64,000 nt of DNA, taken from positions 689 through 64,688 of the forward strand of contig PIVT01000015.1 in the NCBI GenBank assembly GCA_003353845.1. The letters are read 5' to 3'. The stretch's first letter is position 1; each line of letters opens with the position of its first letter. Made by a program: the position numbers and the translations under genes. Below, piece by piece: positions 47,541 through 56,138 of this stretch. The stretch is from Pseudomonadota bacterium (GTDB taxonomy: Bacteria > Myxococcota_A > UBA9160 > JADFDR01). The notes beneath the pieces are model-generated. The model did no database searches, was not told the origin of the DNA, and saw only the letters and a list, made by a program, of their open reading frames with translations.

Positions 47541-48059
47541 ATGTCTGAGAACCGCAGCGTGCATGCCATCTTTACGGGCGTCAAACCCGTCGAGCAAGAG
47601 GATCTCGTCGGTGTCATGCTGACCTTTGAGCCCCAGCGTTCTCGAATCGTCACTGAAACCATTGAAGACTTCGCCGAGTTGGGCACAGATCAAGATGTCT
47701 CTGCCGTCTCGGGCGTGGGCAAGGTGATGCGCATCCTGCGCTGTGCTCGCATATCGGCACCGCGCACGCCCGATGCCTATATGGATAAGCCTCTGGAAGC
47801 CTGCGCCTTGCTCGAACGCGCTATCGGTGTGGAATTGCTGCTGGAATTGAAGGCCCGCAGCCGGGTTCATTTCAGCGTGTGGACCGAGAACGGCGTCGAA
47901 ACGGTTCGCAACGTCAAAGAGGTGGTCGAACTGGAAGACGGTTTCCTCGCGGTGCCCTTTGTCGCTCCCTTCGCGACTTTTTTCTCACGTAAGGACATCG
48001 TTCGTCAGAATACCGAGGTCGAGCGCTGGTACGATGTTGTCAATATCCAACGCAGCTGA
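47541..48059 (+). CDS. Hypothetical protein, 172 aa
   Basis: The ORF shows coding-like composition and starts 3 nt after the DHH gene stop. I recognise no domain. Confidence 0.55.
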   Translation: MSENRSVHAIFTGVKPVEQEDLVGVMLTFEPQRSRIVTETIEDFAELGTDQDVSAVSGVGKVMRILRCARISAPRTPDAYMDKPLEACALLERAIGVELLLELKARSRVHFSVWTENGVETVRNVKEVVELEDGFLAVPFVAPFATFFSRKDIVRQNTEVERWYDVVNIQRS

Positions 48060-48168
48060 GATTTCGCAAAAATCACCCCTGCAGGGGTGATTCAGAACGA
48101 ACGTGTTAAGATCGTCTCCTTCACCCCCGGCCACACTCGTCGCCTGAATCTGGAGATCTGCTCTCGCT

Positions 48169-48660
48169 ATGCCAGCCCTCGCCATTCCCAACGTCCAAGC
48201 GCTAAAAGACCACGTCGGAAAACCGCTCGGGCACTCCAAGTGGCATCTCGTGGCGCAAACTCAGATCGATGCTTTCGCGGAAGCCACCGGCGATCATCAG
48301 TGGATTCATGTCGATACCGAGCGCGCCTCAACAGAGTCTCCCTTTGACGGTAAGACCGTCGCTCATGGTCATCTCACGCTTTCCCTGGCGCCGGTCATGC
48401 TTCCCGAGATCGTCGTCGTGAAAAACACCAGCATGGTGGTGAACTATGGTGTCGATAAAGCGCGCTTCCCCGCCCCTGTAAAGGCCGGCGACCGCGTACG
48501 CATGGAAGCAGAACTCAAAAGTGTGCGCGACATTCGCGGGGGGGCAGCACGGGCTTGCTACAAGCTGACGATTCATGCGGAAAACACCGTCAAACCGGCC
48601 TGCAACGCAGAGATCGTCTACGTCTACTACCCCGCTACGACTTCAAGCAGCGATAAGTAG
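48169..48660 (+). CDS. MaoC-family (R)-specific enoyl-CoA hydratase / dehydratase
   Basis: The product contains TGDHQWIHVD...AHGHLTLSL, a hot-dog fold motif. Confidence 0.85.
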   Translation: MPALAIPNVQALKDHVGKPLGHSKWHLVAQTQIDAFAEATGDHQWIHVDTERASTESPFDGKTVAHGHLTLSLAPVMLPEIVVVKNTSMVVNYGVDKARFPAPVKAGDRVRMEAELKSVRDIRGGAARACYKLTIHAENTVKPACNAEIVYVYYPATTSSSDK

Positions 48661-48670
48661 CTCGCTGCGT

Positions 48671-49594
48671 TCAGCTGCGTTCAGTTTCTTTCAAGAACGC
48701 ATTTACGGTCTCTACGAACAAACTCAAACGATCGTGATGAAGCCAGTGACCCGCTTTCGGGATGCCTTGACTTCGCGCACCACGAATCACCTCTCCCCGA
48801 CCATCCGCCAAAGGATCTCCCGCCCAGCTTTCCAAGCCGTGCAATAGCAAGGTGGGGCAATCGATACGACCGCGCAGCTCCTGCAATTCGCTCTCGCTAT
48901 AACGCAGGGGAGACAGCACACGAGAAAGTGGATCGTATTTCCACGAGTAGCTGCCGTCCTCATTTTTTCGCAATCCGTGCTGGGTCAGGTGCTTCGCCTG
49001 TTCGAGAGACAGATGCTCGTTGGCCGAACGCATGCGCTGGACCCCTTCCTCCACGCTCGGGTATTTCCGCGGGCGATGGCGCGCATAACCCTTCGTCTTC
49101 TTGACCCAATTACGTATGCGCTCCCAAGCGGGGTCCTGTTTCACTTCTTTCAGCATGCGCAGCGGCACACCCAGTCCTTCGATCACTACCAATTGAGAAA
49201 CTTTTTCTGGATAGATTCCCGCGAACAAGGCCACGACCGCGCCACCATAAGAATGGCCGATGAGTTTCACGGAATCTGCACCCAGGGCATCCATCAAGCA
49301 GGCGAGATCCAGCACAGAATCCACCACGGAGTACATGCTGCCGGACGCCCACTCACTGTCGCCGTGCCCACGCAGATCCACCGCAACAACGTGATAGCTT
49401 GCCCGCAATTGGAGCGCGACCCAATCCCAACTATGCGCGTGGTCTCGTCCGCCGTGCACGAGAATCAGCAAGGGCGCATCTTCGTTGCCCCAATCGAGGT
49501 AGTGAAGGCGCAAGCGCTGCGAGTTGTAGAAATGTGATTGAGGTAAATCGACGTCGGAAGCGTCTTGTATCGTCTCAAGAGTCATATGGATCAA
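48671..49594 (-). CDS. Alpha/beta-fold hydrolase
   Basis: The product has HGGRDHAHSWD and the nucleophile elbow GHSYGG. Confidence 0.85.
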   Translation of the reverse strand: MIHMTLETIQDASDVDLPQSHFYNSQRLRLHYLDWGNEDAPLLILVHGGRDHAHSWDWVALQLRASYHVVAVDLRGHGDSEWASGSMYSVVDSVLDLACLMDALGADSVKLIGHSYGGAVVALFAGIYPEKVSQLVVIEGLGVPLRMLKEVKQDPAWERIRNWVKKTKGYARHRPRKYPSVEEGVQRMRSANEHLSLEQAKHLTQHGLRKNEDGSYSWKYDPLSRVLSPLRYSESELQELRGRIDCPTLLLHGLESWAGDPLADGRGEVIRGARSQGIPKAGHWLHHDRLSLFVETVNAFLKETERS

Positions 49595-49643
49595 AACAGT
49601 AATGAATTTTGGGACAAGAGGGGGCGACGCTAGCCTTTAAAAA

Positions 49644-50129
49644 CTAGCTCTCAGCCCCGGCGGGAATATTGCGCACGCTCTCGGCGCGAGGCCCTCGGCC
49701 ACTTTCCTGGATAACGTATTCCACGACATCACCCTCGTTGAGTACGTCATACTCCGCGGTGGACATGCCCGATCGGTGAAAGAACACTTCGTTTCCGTCA
49801 TCGCCGCGAATAAATCCGAAACCACGATCGCGCACCATTTTCTTGATACGGCCCTTCATTTTCGGGCCACTGGGAGCGGGGCGTGGAGGCGCCTGGGCAC
49901 GAGCGCGACTTTTCCCTTTCCCTTTGCGGCGAGTTCCCCCAGCTCGGTAATTGCCACTCAAGACGAATTCAGCCTCAAAGAGAGCCACGGGGACGAGCAG
50001 ATCCTGCATGCCCTCCTTGTCGGGCGTGAGCAATACTTCGTCGTCCGCCAAATCTGTAACGATGTAGCGAAGCCCTGTATTGGAATGCGTCACCGGCACG
50101 CCGGGATCTACTTCTTCGATGTCTAACAT
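49644..50129 (-). CDS. Cold-shock-domain protein with an N-terminal extension of about 90 aa
   Basis: The C-terminal part reads GRIKKMVRDRGFGFIRGDDGNEVFFHRS, which contains the RNP1/RNP2-like motifs. A Lys/Arg/Pro-rich linker precedes it. Confidence 0.8.
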   Translation of the reverse strand: MLDIEEVDPGVPVTHSNTGLRYIVTDLADDEVLLTPDKEGMQDLLVPVALFEAEFVLSGNYRAGGTRRKGKGKSRARAQAPPRPAPSGPKMKGRIKKMVRDRGFGFIRGDDGNEVFFHRSGMSTAEYDVLNEGDVVEYVIQESGRGPRAESVRNIPAGAES

Positions 50130-50372
50130 AAGTATGTAACCTTTGGGTCTGCGATAGAGCCCTTCGAGGGGTGCCGGACAGTACGCAACCTGCCGCCCCG
50201 GGTCAAACGCCTTGGACCTCCTGGGCTAAAAAATACCTGGGAAACGTCCACAGAGCCCTCAGGGATAGGCTGTTTCGTCAGGGATCGAGTTGCCTATGGA
50301 TCCTCGAACAACCGGCAAATTCTGCGCAAAACCTTAATAAAGCAAGATTTCTCGGGATTTCTAACTCAAGAG

Positions 50373-51764
50373 CTACTGGATATAGCCAAGCGCCTCCAGA
50401 TGCTTTTGCTCCTCTTCGCTCAACTCTGGTAACAGCTCGGAGACTTCGCGGGTTTCACCAAAATCTTCCAACGCACTACCGAGAAGCGCCATCATCTCCG
50501 GGTATTGCCCGCTCACATCCTCTTGTTCTCCGGGGTCTTTACTCAGGTCGAAGAGAGATTTTTCGTTGGTTGCTCGATTGAAAATCAACTTCATGTCTTT
50601 ATGACGTGCCGAACGAAAGATGTCGGGTTCTTCGACATAGTGATGATCCGCTTCGGAGAACAAGACTCGTTCATCAAAAACTTCACCCGGCCTCGAATGC
50701 CAGAGTACGCTCAGGTCCATCCCGTCCCAATCCTCTGTCCGGGGGACCCAGCCAAGAATCGACAACACCGTAGGGACGATGTCGATCAAGGAAGCGACTT
50801 GCGGAACCCGCTTCCCCGCTGGGAGACCCGGCCCGCGCAGCACCAGTGGTACGCGAAGTTCCTCATCATATTGCGTTTCGCCGTGCATTACGTCGCCGTG
50901 CTCCAAGAAGGCTTCACCGTGATCCGACACTAAAATAACCAGTGTTTCTTGATCCAGTTCGTTGACCTTGAGATAGGCAAAAAACTTCTCGAGTTCTGAA
51001 TCCAGTTGCCGAATCCCGGAAATATATAAATCCACCAAATGGTCCGTGTCTTTTTCAGTGAGATCGATACCGCCTGAACGCAGGAAGACCAGTTGAGAGG
51101 TCGAGCCATTGGCCACTCCCTCGTAGGGTTTCCGGAACATCTCTTCAAATTCTGGGAGTGATTTATAATCACTGTGCACGCTGTAATCGTGTACGAAAAG
51201 AAAGAACGGCTCGTCGGTCTTGCGCGATGACAACCAACTCATGGCCTTGTCAAATACTTGAGAAGGTTCCCGCGCCTCCTGTGACTCAAAGACGTAGACA
51301 AACTGATCGTTCCCGCGATCAAACCCGAAACGCTTTACCAAATAAGTACTGTTGGTGAATGCGGCCGTCTTGAAACCTGCTTGTGACAAAATTTCAGCCA
51401 GGGTCGGCACGTCTGGCCGCAGCGCATTGCGATCTGTCACTGCGCCGTGGCGCCGAGGATAAACTCCCGTCAGCATGCTCCCATGTGCGGGCAAGGTCCA
51501 AGGAGCCACACTCACGGCATTTTCAAACAACACCCCCTCTTTTGCAAACGCATCTAGCGCAGGAGAGGTCGGCTTGGGATAACCATAGGCCCCCAGCATG
51601 TCAGGGCGAAGCGTGTCAATGGAAATCAAAATCACATTGCGCGGACGCTCCGGCACGGGTTCAGCACATCCGTAAGATAACGCCAGGCCGAGACACAGGA
51701 TTCCACCCAACCATCCCAGAGGATATTTTTGACGCCTGAGAGTCTTGTTTTTCAACATGTCCAT
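50373..51764 (-). CDS. Sulfatase-family (alkaline-phosphatase superfamily) lipoprotein
   Basis: The protein has a lipoprotein signal (ALSYGC) and NVILISIDTLRPD. The nucleophile motif reads TLPAHGSMLTG instead of CxPxR. I chose Met 51764; the track ORF extends to 51989. Confidence 0.8.
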   Translation of the reverse strand: MDMLKNKTLRRQKYPLGWLGGILCLGLALSYGCAEPVPERPRNVILISIDTLRPDMLGAYGYPKPTSPALDAFAKEGVLFENAVSVAPWTLPAHGSMLTGVYPRRHGAVTDRNALRPDVPTLAEILSQAGFKTAAFTNSTYLVKRFGFDRGNDQFVYVFESQEAREPSQVFDKAMSWLSSRKTDEPFFLFVHDYSVHSDYKSLPEFEEMFRKPYEGVANGSTSQLVFLRSGGIDLTEKDTDHLVDLYISGIRQLDSELEKFFAYLKVNELDQETLVILVSDHGEAFLEHGDVMHGETQYDEELRVPLVLRGPGLPAGKRVPQVASLIDIVPTVLSILGWVPRTEDWDGMDLSVLWHSRPGEVFDERVLFSEADHHYVEEPDIFRSARHKDMKLIFNRATNEKSLFDLSKDPGEQEDVSGQYPEMMALLGSALEDFGETREVSELLPELSEEEQKHLEALGYIQ

Positions 51765-52094
51765 CAGGCGCAGGATAATGGCGCTTTGGCACTGCCACCA
51801 GGCAGGGCGTACTCCAGCGAGTAAGAAAAACTCCACAATTTGATGGAACTCTTCTCCTGAATAGAAACGCTTCCAATAGGGCGAACTCGGCACATTTGGA
51901 GGCAAGTTCCCTGTGAACTCGTGGTGTTTGCTTGGTTTTATAGCCAACCCTCGGCAGGGCACACGCATTTTCACCTTCAAAACCTGCACCTTGTACGCTC
52001 AAGGCTTCAGTTGATGTCCCTAAGCACACGAGGTACCGTGGGGGTTCGGGATGTTTCCGAAGAGCACGCGCTTGAGAAGTTGGGGCCATGCTGA

Positions 52095-53297
52095 GTGAGA
52101 CCGGTTGAGGGGCCGATGCAAATACGATCTGTGACAATACTGAATTTATTGCGGGATCTGCGGAGCGACGCAGGCGAACGCAAAGATTCCTTGCGCCTCC
52201 TGCTCAAGCTCATCGCGGCAACCATCGAAGACAATCCGCGCCTCCTCAATCAATACAGCCTGGATGATGCCACCACCAAGCGCACGCTGGACCGGTTGCA
52301 CGGTTTCACGCTCGACCTGCATCTCACCCAACGCTTGGTAGAAGAAGCGGACAATTTTGATTACGACCCCCTGATTGCAGAACTCACTCAACTCGAACAG
52401 CAGAGCCGACCCGAAGCGCCTCCCCAGAAAAAATCAAGGCGCTCGTTGCTGGCCAGCCCCCCCATACGCTTTATCGAAAAGTTGAAAACCACCTCACGCC
52501 GTCCCTTGGTGATTGGCTTTGTCTGCCACGGAAACCGATACCGCTCAGCTTTCGCCCATATGATCACCGCAAACGCCATCAAGAAAAATGATCTTCAGAT
52601 TCTCGTTCAGTCTGCAGGAACCTTTGGCTGGCAAAGCAGCGACAAAGTCGCTGGTATTATTGCCTCTGAATTCTCCCCGGCCATAAGCGCATTGGGTGCA
52701 GGTGCCGAGAAATTGATCAAAGCCATCGCCAGCGGCGATGACAAATTTTTGCGTATGCCCGGACGACTTCCCGAACGGCATGAACTAACGCGGCAAGATC
52801 TAGTCGATGCCTACACCCGCTTCAATCAAGAAGAGACGCTGAAACGCATTCAAAAGATCGGGAAAAAGACGGAATGCATTGTCACGCCTTATGAAGAGTT
52901 GACCCGCCAACTAGGTGAGATTCTGAGACGAATCGACATGCACCTGCTTTCAACGCCTTTCTTGAGCGCCAACTCATTTGCAGCCAGTGTCGCTCTGGAA
53001 CACGGCATCGACTCCGACATCTCCCTGCGCCACACGCCTCGCACCTTGACGCGAACCTTCATCGATCGGTCCGATGTCATCCTCGTGGCGGACCGAAAAC
53101 AATACAACTTGATTCGCGACACCTTTCCTCGGGCGCGCAAGAAGCTTTTCATGCTGGGAGATTGTGCCGCACGCGGTTGGAAGTCTACCGAGATTACCGA
53201 TCCGGAAGCTGGCGGCTTCGAACTGATCCAACGCTGCTACGAAAACATTCACAACGTCGTTGATGAACACCTCTTGGCCACCTTGCGCCAACTGTAA
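52095..53297 (+). CDS. Atypical low-molecular-weight phosphatase (LMW-PTP/ArsC-like) domain protein, 400 aa
   Basis: The P-loop VCHGNRYRS fits CX5R(S). The distal EITDPEAGG resembles the DP loop. Large N-terminal and internal extra segments are present. An alternative start is the ATG at 52116. Confidence 0.6.
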   Translation: MRPVEGPMQIRSVTILNLLRDLRSDAGERKDSLRLLLKLIAATIEDNPRLLNQYSLDDATTKRTLDRLHGFTLDLHLTQRLVEEADNFDYDPLIAELTQLEQQSRPEAPPQKKSRRSLLASPPIRFIEKLKTTSRRPLVIGFVCHGNRYRSAFAHMITANAIKKNDLQILVQSAGTFGWQSSDKVAGIIASEFSPAISALGAGAEKLIKAIASGDDKFLRMPGRLPERHELTRQDLVDAYTRFNQEETLKRIQKIGKKTECIVTPYEELTRQLGEILRRIDMHLLSTPFLSANSFAASVALEHGIDSDISLRHTPRTLTRTFIDRSDVILVADRKQYNLIRDTFPRARKKLFMLGDCAARGWKSTEITDPEAGGFELIQRCYENIHNVVDEHLLATLRQL

Positions 53298-53320
53298 CGC
53301 CAACCCGATCCACTCAATGC

Positions 53321-54493
53321 TTACGAAGCAACGGACGCCTCTTCACGATTCGCTCGTTCGCAAGCCACCTCTCCCAATACCGCCACGCTGCGCTCAGCCA
53401 TCTGCGCACTTGAGTATTCCTCAGCCAGTTCTCGCGCTGCCTTTTTACCAGACTGATTCAACGCGGGATCCGACCATGTCAGCAAAGCTTCCGCCAGGGC
53501 CTTCACTTGAAAGGGTTCTTCCAGAACGGTTCCCTGCTTTCCGTTTTCAATGAGCTCGCCACCCCCATTGGTGCAGGTGGTGATCACAGGGAGCCCGCAT
53601 GCCAGGGCTTCCACCGTGCTGTTGGCGAAGGGGTCGTAACGTGTGGGCAAGACGTACAAATCGGCGGCCGCGTAACAGGCCTCGCTGTCTCGTCGACCCC
53701 CCAAGAAACAGACTTGCGAATAGAAACCCAAGTCCTGGGCCCGCTCCTGAAACCAACGAGCCGAGGAGTCGTAACCCACGACCAACAGGCGCGCCTTGGC
53801 ATTGTGCTTCAAGAGCGCGGGAAAAGCCGTTAGCACGCGGTCCAAGCCTTTTCTGCCGTAACCCGTTCCGAGAAACAGCACGACAAAATCATCCTTCGCG
53901 AATTTACATTCCTTTCGGACAGCTTCTCGCCGTTTCGGGTCGGGCTGAAATCGCTCGAGGTCGACGCCGTTGTAAATAACTTCTATCGAATCCGGCTCCG
54001 CGCCGTAACGAGTCATGACGTCTTCTTTGACCATGTTCGAATTCACGACGATTCGTTGCGAATTCCCCGGGGACAGGGCTCGCGCTTCGATTCTCAAGGC
54101 CTCGCGTTGTTTCCGTTTCCCTTTGCCAATCAGCCGTTCAAACCAGGTCAAGGTGGCGTCATGCGCCTTTTCAAGATACGTGGCGTGGCAGCCTCCACCG
54201 AGGCGAATCACATCGTGGGAGTAGGTTTTCCCCAGCCCATAAACCACATCGTAGGACGTCTCTCGCACATGCTTCTCGACGTCTGTGGCGAAATTGACCA
54301 TGCGCGCCGTCGCCGTAAGCCCGAAGCGGCGCAAACGTACAAAACGGATTCTCACGTCCTCCTCCGGCTCGCAGGAGCGACACACCACGGTCACCTGGTG
54401 TCCGCGCGCAAGCAAGTCGAGGGCTAGGGTTCTCAAATATCTCTCTGTGCCACCGGTGTGCGCGTATCGCATATGAACAAGTGCTACATGCAT
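53321..54493 (-). CDS. GT4-family (GT-B) glycosyltransferase, LPS-core-type
   Basis: The product has HTGGTERY at the N-terminus and the EALACGLPVITT...GG...E motif. Confidence 0.85.
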   Translation of the reverse strand: MHVALVHMRYAHTGGTERYLRTLALDLLARGHQVTVVCRSCEPEEDVRIRFVRLRRFGLTATARMVNFATDVEKHVRETSYDVVYGLGKTYSHDVIRLGGGCHATYLEKAHDATLTWFERLIGKGKRKQREALRIEARALSPGNSQRIVVNSNMVKEDVMTRYGAEPDSIEVIYNGVDLERFQPDPKRREAVRKECKFAKDDFVVLFLGTGYGRKGLDRVLTAFPALLKHNAKARLLVVGYDSSARWFQERAQDLGFYSQVCFLGGRRDSEACYAAADLYVLPTRYDPFANSTVEALACGLPVITTCTNGGGELIENGKQGTVLEEPFQVKALAEALLTWSDPALNQSGKKAARELAEEYSSAQMAERSVAVLGEVACERANREEASVAS

Positions 54494-54496
54494 GGC

Positions 54497-56113
54497 TCAG
54501 TTCCCAGCCTTAGGGTTTTGAGGCAGTGTTTCACTTGTGGCGAGGGCACAGCCTTGCCCCTTCCAGTGATGCTTCCGCGCCAAGCTCCCCTCCACCACCC
54601 TGGACAACGCAGCTGCATTGTCTGCAAAGGGAAAGCGCGCGCTGTAGCGCCAGAATTCCGCGCAGCGCTGTTCAACAGGGAAGTCATCGTGCAAGGAGGC
54701 ATTTAACTGCATCAATGTATGAATACGCTTTTGCTCCGGAAGCCGTTTTAGAAAACGTACACCTTCGAGATCTAAAATATAAACTGCATAGCTGCCAGGA
54801 GTGCCACACAGTAACAAGTTGCCTGCCTTGAGGTCGCCATGATCAACACCCTGCTCATGCAGCTTGTAAACCATCTTCCCCAATAGGGTTAGCGTCTCGG
54901 TTAAGTCAACCTGTTCAGAGGTAGCAAAACGGACATTGATCCCTTCGGCGATGTCTTCCAAAAGCAAGAGTGAGGAGACCGGGAATCCCAGCCATCGCCT
55001 CACCACATACGCCTGGGGTTCCGGAGCACACAAGCCGCGTATTCGGAGCCCGTGCCCGGCCACCCAACCTCGGCGGGCCGGTGCTCCGCGCAGCAGATTC
55101 GCCAAGCGCTTACTCCATCCGGCGTCAACGATCTCTTTGACAATGAACGATTGACCTGCGACAGAAACTCGTGTCACGCGACTTCGACCTTCCCGCTTGA
55201 TGACACATTCCTCTCGGTTTTTGAGAGCCTCTTCATGCTCGCGCAAGGCCTGCACGACCCTGCTTTCTTCCAGGCCTCTCAACCGCAGGCCCCGCCCTCC
55301 GTCAAAAGAAAACCGTGCGTAACGCCGCCCGGGAATTGTAGATCGACGCGTGCGCCCCCTTGCGCGATCCCAGCGATGAGCCTGTGCCGCTCGGGAAACC
55401 TGCTTTAGCGCTTCACGCCCATTGGCGTTCCAAGGACGCGAAATCCCCAGGGCTGCCTCACGCATCCGCATGCGTTGGCTCAAGGGAAGGAAGTGAGCCA
55501 AGCCGGAATCCAAGACGCCAATGTCGGCCAGTTGCTCTCTCCGATTGCGTGAGGCTTTGGCGGCCTGAACGTCGAGCAATACCGGCCCTTCTGGGGTCAT
55601 CAAAATATTGGAGGCGTGGAGATCGCGATGCACCAAGCCTGCGGCATGCATCCGGGCAACGCACTTGCCCACCTCGGGCAATACTGTGCGCCAGGCCGTG
55701 CTCGGGGGGAGATCGCTGAGCGTGTGACCTTCCAAGAAAGGAAGCACAATCACTTCATCGCCATTGTCCAGTCTGCCAAAGGCCAGGGGAGAAGGGACGG
55801 GAACCCCTCGATCCTGCAAGGTCGCAAGATGGCGGAACTCACGTGAAGCCGGCGAGTAACCCACTCGTCGTTTGAAACTTTCGCGCAGGGCATGACGCCC
55901 GCTCGCCCCTTTGAATTGTTTGACCACCAAGGACTCGCCTTGGGAATCGCGCCAGATAAAAACACGACGCCTGGCATTGTCTCGCAGGATGGAGAGATCG
56001 GGGCTGACTTCTGTCGATTCGCCAGCCTTCGGCGCAGCGACTGCGAGAGCTGCGGCCAAACCACGCTCAGCGGCCGTTCGAACTGCGCTCGACCCCGTTC
56101 GCCAGCGAATCAT
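54497..56113 (-). CDS. Protein with two tandem lipopolysaccharide-kinase (Kdo/WaaP/RIO-like) domains
   Basis: Two catalytic-loop motifs are present, HRDLHASNILM and HGDLKAGNLLL. Each is preceded by a Lys-containing N-lobe (LVVKQFK, FIVKEI). Confidence 0.75.
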   Translation of the reverse strand: MIRWRTGSSAVRTAAERGLAAALAVAAPKAGESTEVSPDLSILRDNARRRVFIWRDSQGESLVVKQFKGASGRHALRESFKRRVGYSPASREFRHLATLQDRGVPVPSPLAFGRLDNGDEVIVLPFLEGHTLSDLPPSTAWRTVLPEVGKCVARMHAAGLVHRDLHASNILMTPEGPVLLDVQAAKASRNRREQLADIGVLDSGLAHFLPLSQRMRMREAALGISRPWNANGREALKQVSRAAQAHRWDRARGRTRRSTIPGRRYARFSFDGGRGLRLRGLEESRVVQALREHEEALKNREECVIKREGRSRVTRVSVAGQSFIVKEIVDAGWSKRLANLLRGAPARRGWVAGHGLRIRGLCAPEPQAYVVRRWLGFPVSSLLLLEDIAEGINVRFATSEQVDLTETLTLLGKMVYKLHEQGVDHGDLKAGNLLLCGTPGSYAVYILDLEGVRFLKRLPEQKRIHTLMQLNASLHDDFPVEQRCAEFWRYSARFPFADNAAALSRVVEGSLARKHHWKGQGCALATSETLPQNPKAGN

Positions 56114-56138
56114 CCGTGCCCCATTGGTTGTCGCGCGT

